Below the pieces are notes generated by a model, which was given only the letters and a program-made list of their open reading frames with translations, was not told where the DNA came from and did not search any database. Source: Haliotis cracherodii (Eukaryota). Taken from it: a stretch of 64,000 bases of DNA. How positions within the stretch are numbered: the stretch's first letter is position 1; every line of letters starts with the position of its first letter. The position numbers and the translations under genes are program-made. Location of the stretch: NCBI RefSeq assembly GCF_022045235.1, contig NW_027266308.1, positions 22,010,001 through 22,074,000 of the forward strand. Reading direction: 5' to 3'. This document shows positions 52,601 to 61,600 of the stretch, piece by piece.

Positions 52601-55600
52601 TGTCGTTCTGCCTGTACGACACAGGATGAATTCTGACATAAGTGCCGTACATTTAGCAAGGTACAAATGCAATACCTTATTCACTATCCACACTTCATTA
52701 GTAGTCTCATATATTGAGCGAACATCATGTCACTAGTGATGTCACATTTTAGTTTGACATCACATATTAGCGTGGATGACATCACTGGGAGGTGACTGCA
52801 TGTGGGGTGAGTGGTCAGGCTCGGTGATGTGAATGAATGGGTACCCCTTTGGTCATAATATCAATCACAGGTTTGTCTGATCCAGGTTCGATTTTTTTCA
52901 GGCTAGCGTGATATAACAAGAATATTGCCTTAAACAGAAAATAAAAACAAACAATCTCAAGGAGCAACAATAACCGTGGCCTACCTTCTTCAGGACGGGA
53001 GAGAGCACGTACAGCCGCAACGTCTCCTCCAACCGCATCGCCTTCACCGTCTGCACGACGTTACGTACTGCAACGTCACAATATAAGACCGCTATAAACT
53101 TTCTATCTGTGGCAAATGCATTGTTTAAAATCCATCATAAAACGAGTTTTGAAAATAATTTCTCAATCAGTGTCATGAAAGTTAAGAATATATATAATAT
53201 GTGTTTGATCAAAAAGAAATAACTGATTATTATTAACTGATTTGGTAGCCTTGTCATTTAATGATCCTCAATTAGCGGAGCAGAGTCACGTCATTGGGGC
53301 GTTCGAATCCCAGGTGTGCTCAGGTTCCCCAGCTCGTGATTTTCACCAACGTGGAAAACGACCAAGAGCCGCAGCATGATCACTTCGGTTTTTCCTCAGA
53401 TCATTAAGCATTTATTTTGAGAGCGGAAGTGCAGCGGTTCGGACACGTGGCCGCGTCATAGCAAAAGACGTTAAAATGTTGTTCTTGTTACTCTGCCAGG
53501 CGCTCGGCATTAAAGGGATAAAACAAGGACTTCAAGGCTTGTGTCTGAGTGTGGTGAAAACAAGGACTGCAAGGCTTGTGTCTGTGTGTGGTGAAAACAA
53601 GGACTACAAGGCATGTGTCTGAGTGGGGTGAAAACAAGGACTTCAAGGCTTGTGTCTGTGTGTGGTGAAAACAAGAACTGCAAGGCTTGTGTCTGTGTGT
53701 GGTGAAAACAAGGACTACAAGGCATGTGTCTGTGTGTGGTGAAAACAAGGACTACAAGGCTTGTGTCTGTGTGGGGTGAAAACAAGGACTTCAAGGCTTG
53801 TGTCTGTGTGTGGTGAAAACAAGGACTTCAAGGCTTGTGTCTGTGTGTGGTGAAAACAAGGACTGCAAGGCTTGTGCCTGAGTGGGGTGAAAACAAGGAC
53901 TACAAGGCATGTGTCTGAGTGGGGTGAAAACAAGGACTGCAAGGCTTGTGTCTGAGTGTGGTGAAAACAAGGACTACAAGGCTTGTGCCTGAGTGGGGTG
54001 AAAAACAGGACTTCAAGGCTTCTGTCTGTGTGTGGTGAAAACAAGGACTACAAGGCTTGTGTCTGTGTGTGGTGAAAACAAGGACTACAAGGCTTGTGTC
54101 TGTGTGTGGTGAAAACAAGGACTTCAAGGCTTGTGTCTGTGTGTGGTGAAAACAAGGACTGCAAGGCTTGTGTCTGTGTGTGGTGAAAACAAGGACTTCA
54201 AGGCTTGTGTCTGTGTGTGGTGAAAACAAGGACTGCAAGGCTTGTGCCTGAGTGGGGTAAAAACAAGGACTACAAGGCATGTGTCTCTGTGTGGTGAAAA
54301 CAAGGACTACAAGGCATGTGTCTGTGTGTGGTGAAAACAAGGACTACAAGGCTTGTGTCTGTGTGTGGTGAAAACAAGGACTTCAAGGCTTGTGTCTGTG
54401 TGTGGTGAAAACAAGGACTGCAAGGCTTGTGCCTGAGTGGGGTGAAAACAAGGACTACAAGGCATGTGTCTGAGTGGGGTGAAAACAAGGACTGCAAGGC
54501 TTGTGTCTGAGTGTGGTGAAAACAAGGACTACAAAGCTTGTGCCTGAGTGGGGTGAAAACAAGGACTTCAAGGTTTGTGTCTGTGTGTGGTGAAAACAAG
54601 GACTACAAGGCTTGTGTCTGAGTGGGGTGAAAACAAGGACTGCAAGGCTTGTGTCTGAGTATGGTGAAAACAAGGACTTCAAGGCTTGTGTCTGTGTGTG
54701 GTGAAAACAAGGACAACAAGGCTTGTGTCTGTGTGTGGTGAAAACAATGACTGCAAGGCTTGTGCCTGAGTGGGGTGAAAACAAGGACTACAAGGCTTGT
54801 GTCTGTGTGTGGTGAAAACAAGGACTGCAAGGCTTGTGCCTGAGTGGGGTAAAAACAAGGACTACAAGGCATGTGTCTGTGTGTGGTGAAAACAAGGACT
54901 ACAAGGCATGTGTCTGAGTGGGGTAAAAACAAGGACTGCAAGGCTTGTGTCTTAAAGGGGTGAAAACAAGGACTACAAGGCTTGTGCCTGAGTGGGGTGA
55001 AAACAAGGACTACAAGGCTTGTGTCTGAGTGGGGTGAAAACAATGACTACAAGGCTTGAGTCTGAGTGGGGTGAAAACAAGGACTACAAGGCATGTGTCT
55101 GAGTGGGGTGAAAACAAGGACTGCAAGGCTTGTGTCTGAGTGGGGTGAAAACAAGGACTGCAAGGCTTGTGCCTGAGTGGGGTGAAAACAAGGACTACAA
55201 GGCATGTGTCTGAGTGGGGTGAAAACAATGACTACAAGGCATGTGTCTGGGTGGGGTGAAAACAAGGACTACAAGGCTTGTGCCTGAGTGGGGTGAAAAC
55301 AAGGACTACAAGGCTTGTGTCTGAGTGGGGTGAAAACAAGGACTACAAGGCATGTGTCTGAGTGGGGTGAAAACAAGGACTGCAAGGCTTGTGTCTGAGT
55401 GGGGTGAAAACAAGGACTGCAAGGTTTGTGTCTGAGTGTGGTGAAAACAAGGACTGCAAGGTTTGTGCCTGAGTGGGGTGAAAACAAGGACTACAAGGCT
55501 TGTGTCTGAGTGGGGTTAAAACAAGGACTACAAGGCTTGTGTCTCATTGGGGTGAAAACAAGGACTGCAAGGCTTGTGTCTCATTGGGGTGAAAACAAGG

Positions 55601-58600
55601 ACTGCAAGGCATGTGTCTAAATGGGGTGAAAACAAGGACTACAAGGCGTGGTCTGAGTGGGGTGAAAACAAGGACTGCAAGGCTTGTGTCTGAGTGGGGT
55701 GAAAACAAGGACTACAAGGCTTGTGCCTGAGTGGGGTGAAAACAAGGACTACAAGGCTTGTGCCTGAGTGGGGTGAAAACAAGGACTACAAGGCTTGTGC
55801 CTGAGTGGGGTGAAAACAAGGACTACAAGGCTTGTGTCTGAGTGGGGTGAAAACAAGGACTGCAAGGCTTGTGTCTCATTGGGGTGAAAACAAGGACTAC
55901 AAGGCTTGTCTGAGTGGGGTGAAAACAAGGACTACAAGGTGTGGTCTGAGTGGGGTGAAAACAAGGACTGCAAGGCTTGTGTCTGAGTGGGGTGAAAACA
56001 AGGACTACAAGGCTTGTGTCTGAGTGGGGTGAAAACAAGGACTGCAAGGCTTGTGCCTGAGTGGGGTGAAAACAAGGATTACAAGGCATGTGTCTGAGTG
56101 GGGTGAAAACAATGACTGCAAGGCATGTGTCTGGGTGGGGTGAAAACAAGGACTACAAGGCTTGTGCCTGAGTGGGGTGAAAACAAGGACTACAAGGCAT
56201 GTGTCTGAGTGGGGTGAAAACAAGGACTACAAGGCTTGTGCCTGAGTGGGGTGAAAACAAGGACTACAAGGCATGTGTCTGAGTGGGGTGAAAACAAGGA
56301 CTGCAAGGCTTGTGTCTGAGTGGGGTGAAAACAAGGACTACAAGGCGTGGTCTGAGTGGGGTGAAAACAAGGACTGCAAGGCTTGTGTCTGAGTGGGGTG
56401 AAAACAAGGACTACAAGGCGTGGTCTGAGTGGGGTGAAAACAATGACTACAAGGCATGTGTCTGAGTGGGGTGAAAACAAGGACTACAAGGCTTGTGCCT
56501 GAGTGGGGTGAAAACAAGGACTACAAGGTTTGTGTCTGAGTGGGGTGAAAACAAGGACTACAAGGCGTGGTCTGAGTGGGGTGAAAACAAGGACTGCAAG
56601 GCTTGTGTCTGAGTGGGGTGAAAACAAGGACTACAAGGCGTGGTCTGAGTGGGGTGAAAACAAGGACTACAAGGCATGTGTCTGAGTTGGGTGAAAACAA
56701 GGACTACAAGGCTTGTGCCTGAGTGGGGTGAAAACAAGGACTACAAGGCTTGTGTCTGAGTGGGGTGAAAACAAGGACTACAAGGCATGTGTCTGAGTGG
56801 GGTGAAAACAAAGACTGCAAGGCTTGTGTCTGAGTGGGGTGAAAACAAGGACTGCAAGGTTTGTGTCTGAGTGTGGTGAAAACAAGGACTGCAAGGTTTG
56901 TGCCTGAGTGGGGTGAAAACAAGGACTACAAGGCTTGTGTCTGAGTGGGGTTAAAACAAGGACTACAAGGCTTGTGTCTCATTGGGGTGAAAACAAGGAC
57001 TGCAAGGCTTGTGTCTCATTGGGGTGAAAACAAGGACTGCAAGGCATGTGTCTAAATGGGGTGAAAACAAGGACTACAAGGCATGGTCTGAGTGGGGTGA
57101 AAACAAGGACTGCAAGGCTTGTGTCTGAGTGGGGTGAAAACAAGGACTACAAGGCTTGTGCCTGAGTGGGGTGAAAACAAGGACTACAAGGCTTGTGCCT
57201 GAGTGGGGTGAAAACAAGGACTACAAGGCTTGTGCCTGAGTGGGGTGAAAACAAGGACTACAAGGCTTGTGTCTGAGTGGGGTGAAAACAAGGACTGCAA
57301 GGCTTGTGTCTCATTGGGGTGAAAACAAGGACTACAAGGCTTGTCTGAGTGGGGTGAAAACAAGGACTACAAGGCGTGGTCTGAGTGGGGTGAAAACAAG
57401 GACTGCAAGGCTTGTGTCTGAGTGGGGTGAAAACAAGGACTACAAGGCGTGGTCTGAGTGGGGTGAAAACAAGGACTACAAGGCATGTGTCTGAGTGGGG
57501 TGAAAACAAGGACTACAAGGCTTGTGCCTGAGTGGGGTGAAAACAAGGACTACAAGGCTTGTGTCTGAGTGGGGTGAAAACAAGGACTACAAGGCATGTG
57601 TCTGAGTGGGGTGAAAACAAGGACTGCAAGGCTTGTGTCTGAGTGGGGTGAAAACAAGGACTACAAGGCTTGTGCCTGAGTGGGGTGAAAACAAGGACTG
57701 CAAGGCTTGTGTCTGAGTGGGGTGAAAACAAGGACTGCAAGGTTTGTGTCTGAGTGGGGTGAAAACAAGGACTGCAAGGTTTGTGCCTGAGTGGGGTGAA
57801 AACAAGGACTACAAGGCTTGTGTCTGAGTGGGGTGAAAACAAGGACTACAAGGCTTGTGTCTCATTGGGGTGAAAACAAGGACTGCAAGGCTTGTGTCTA
57901 AATGGGGTGAAAACAAGGACTACAAGGCTTGTGCCTGAGTGGGGTGAAAACAAGGACTACAAGGCTTGTGCCTAAGTGGGGTGAAAACAAGGACTGCAAG
58001 GCTTGTGTCTAAATGGGGTGAAAACAAGGACTACAAGGCTTGTGCCTGAGTGGGGTGAAAACAAGGACTACAAGGCTTGTGTCTGAGTGGGGTGAAAACA
58101 AGGACTACAAGGCTTGTGCCTGAGTGGGGTGAAAACAAGGACTGCAAGGCTTGTGCCTGAGTGGGGTGAAAACAAGGACTACAAGGCTTGTGCCTGAGTG
58201 GGGTGAAAACAAGGACTGCAAGGCATGTGTCTAAATGGGGTGAAAACAAGGACTACAAGGCTTGTGCCTGAGTGGGGTGAAAACAAGGACTACAAGGCTT
58301 GTGCCTGAGTGGGGTGAAAACAAGGACTACAAGGCTTGTGTCTGAGTGGGGTGAAAACAAGGACTGCAAGGCTTGTGTCTCATTGGGGTGAAAACAAGGA
58401 CTGCAAGGCATGTGTCTAAATGGAGTGAAAACAAGGACTACAAGGCTTGTGCCTGAGTGGGGTGAAAACAAGGACTACAAGGCTTGTGCCTGAGTGGGGT
58501 GAAAACAAGGACTACAAGGCATGTGTCTGAGTGGGGTGAAAACAAGGACTACAAGGCTTGTGCCTGAGTGGGGTGAAAACAAGGACTACAAGGTTTGTGT

Positions 58601-61600
58601 CTGAGTGGGGTGAAAACAAGGACTACAAGGCTTGAGTCTGAGTGGGGTGAAAACAAGGACTACAAGGCTTGTGCCTGAGTGGGGTGAAAACAAGGACTAC
58701 AAGGTTTGTGTCTGAGTGGGGTGAAAACAAGGACTACAAGGCTTGTGCCTGAGTGGGGCATACGTAGCCATGTTAAGGTAAGGAAAGGTATTTCAGTGGC
58801 CTAGCACTATAAAACCGGCATTAACCCGGACTAGTACAATCCACACACCCACGTGCATTGCATCAGGTGTACGTAAACACAATGAACAACCTCAAGGGTC
58901 CAGGGGGAGGGGGTGACACCGCCCCCACCCACCCACTACCCTCTTTTGAAAACCATATGTAGTATGTTGTAAACAGTAAAATTATCTGAGAGAGTATTTT
59001 CATATTTATGACTCCTCCTTTTTAAAATGACGGATCCGCCCTTGAATAAGACATTTTTTGAAGTTGGAAAATACGCACAACAATCATAGGACCATGGTAG
59101 CTTAAACACAGAGACCCATGGAATGATGAATGACGTACGTTTCAGCACCCCTGTCATCGTTTTGGAAGAGAAGCCGGTCTTCCTGGCTGACGCTTCCGCC
59201 ACGGTGTCCTCTAAATCCAGACTGTTGCGGGTCCCTACCAGGGGCCGGCCGGGGGGTGAGGACACATTGTCCTCGTGGACAGTGCTCGTGGCGAGGGACA
59301 TACGCCGCCCTTGGGACTGCATGAAATGTGGAGCACCATCCGTGAGGGAGAAACGACGCTCTGGGTGAAAATGAAGTGTTTTAATCAACAGGCCATATAT
59401 CCATGTTATATATAATATGTGGGAGGCATTGTTTTTAGACCGATATTTTTTTTTCAGTCGAGGATTTAAACCAAACACGTTTTTATTCCAGAAAGTCTAG
59501 TTACTCCCGCCCCTCACATCAATGCAACGGTATTACGATAAAAATGACACCACTGAAACAACACTGTGAAAACTGTGTGATTTAAACCAAACACGTTTTT
59601 TTACTCCAGAAAGTCCAGCTACTCCGGCCCCTCACATCAATGCAACGGTATTACGATAAAAGTGCCACCACTGCAACAACACTGTGAAAACAGTGACTCC
59701 ATTGTCACAATACTGCGACAGCAGTGCCAACATCGCTGCAGTAATATAACAGTGCCACCTTTGCAGCATTATTGTGGCAGTAGTGCAATTCATGTAGCTA
59801 CACTCGTATGATAACGTACATTCTATGTACAGCTAGATGTGTAGATGACCAGTCTTGTCTTCATTTCGTTTCATCTGTCGATACGACCTATTGATACTTG
59901 TATACTACCTTGTCGTCGATACATTGCCATCAGGACAGGTTTACTTGCAATGCATCGATAGTTCTGTTGACCGTTACATCCCAAATGCTTACTGTGCCAA
60001 ATGTATATCAGCATAAATGATACCCGTGAAGATGCGGGTTTGAATAGGTCTTCAGCAACCTTGACTTATCATTAGGGACTATGTTTTTCGTAAGATGCGA
60101 CTAACGGGATCGCGTGGTCCGGTTCGCTGACTTGGTTGATGCATGTCATCGTATCCAAATTGCGTAGATTGATGCTCATGACATCTATCATTGGAATGCC
60201 TGCTCCAAACTCGATTATTACAGGCAGCCGTCACATAGCTGGAATATTGCTGAGTGAGGCGTTGAACAACCAGAAAAACAAAAACGTATGATGTAACACC
60301 ATAGCTACTGATGGTGATAACTGAGGCCCTGTTCAGTACATAATACCTCGGTGTTTCACAACTTCAGAGCTTGACGTCCGAGCAACCACTGGTTCAGGTT
60401 TCATTTCCAATACCTGGAACAAAGAACGATGTTCAACCCTTCAGCTGACACAGCTCCGTTAATCCCACAGTACTCAAAGCCAGTCATGTAAATATATAAT
60501 TATAAATATAATCAACTGATTGAATTTTCTTATAATCAGTTTTGTCTACTTTCTTTTCTCAACAAAAGTATACCATAACATGTATTACCTACAATCACAG
60601 TAAAACCGAGAAGATATATTTGCAGGCAATACGTCAAAAAAAAAATTCCGTTAAAATCCACTAGTGTGGGGCAAAGATGGCCAAGTCGTCTAAATTGCGT
60701 CCCTTGGGCACCCCAGAAACCTATGATTTTGCGTTCGAATCCCGGTTCGCTCCGATTATGTTTCTAGGTTTGTCAGTACCGTGCTCATGGGTTTCACCAA
60801 AGTGGTAAACGTCAGAAACCTGCATCACTTCGGACTTTCCTCCCACATGAAGCTGTACGGTGTGAGTGAGTGAATTGGGTTTAACGCCGCTTCAAACAGT
60901 ATTCCAGTAAGATGTTTTAAAGCGGCGTTAACACCAATTCACTCATTCACCCATTTAAGTCCCAACTTGACACCTAGCGACGAAGAACGTACCCTGATGT
61001 GTGCACCATCTTCCATGACCTCGTACTCATACCGGCCGCAGTTGCAGAGCTCCCAGGCGCTAGGGGACATGACGACATAGCCCGACTTACAGAAGCTCTC
61101 CGCCTTGTTGACGTCTGACACAACCTGCCCCAGCTCCACGTAATGGCGGAACTCGTCGTTGCCAAGGAAGGTCATGGTCATATCTCCAGCGGCAATACCT
61201 AGTTTGGTCGCGAAGTTTAATATTCATAAATCTCAAGGTTACTTTAACGTTTGGTAATTCGAGGTAAAATAATTACTCATAAGTGTAAAGACACGTGCAT
61301 GGTAAAATATGACTACATCAACTTAAAAGATTATGTATACCCAAATCAAACATTCTTCTATGAGCGTGTGTGACCAATAACTAATGGAGAGAGTCCAATA
61401 CCTGGGATGTAAATGTTATCTTGTTACGGAACAAACAACACGCCAGATGTAAGGGCTTCAGGTGAATGTGGCCGGTACCATCTCTCCTGTAACAGTGCTC
61501 ATAACAAAGTTCTCATTAAATCCAGTTAAAACTATTTTTGTTTCTTTAACGCAGCACATTCCATTCTGGGTTTTTGTATGGAGAAAAGATATTTTTTCAG

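Noticed and set aside
53488-58760. Many ORFs; possible CRISPR-like array
   Set aside because: Contiguous 37-bp monomers with no unique spacers and no cas genes, in eukaryotic context.
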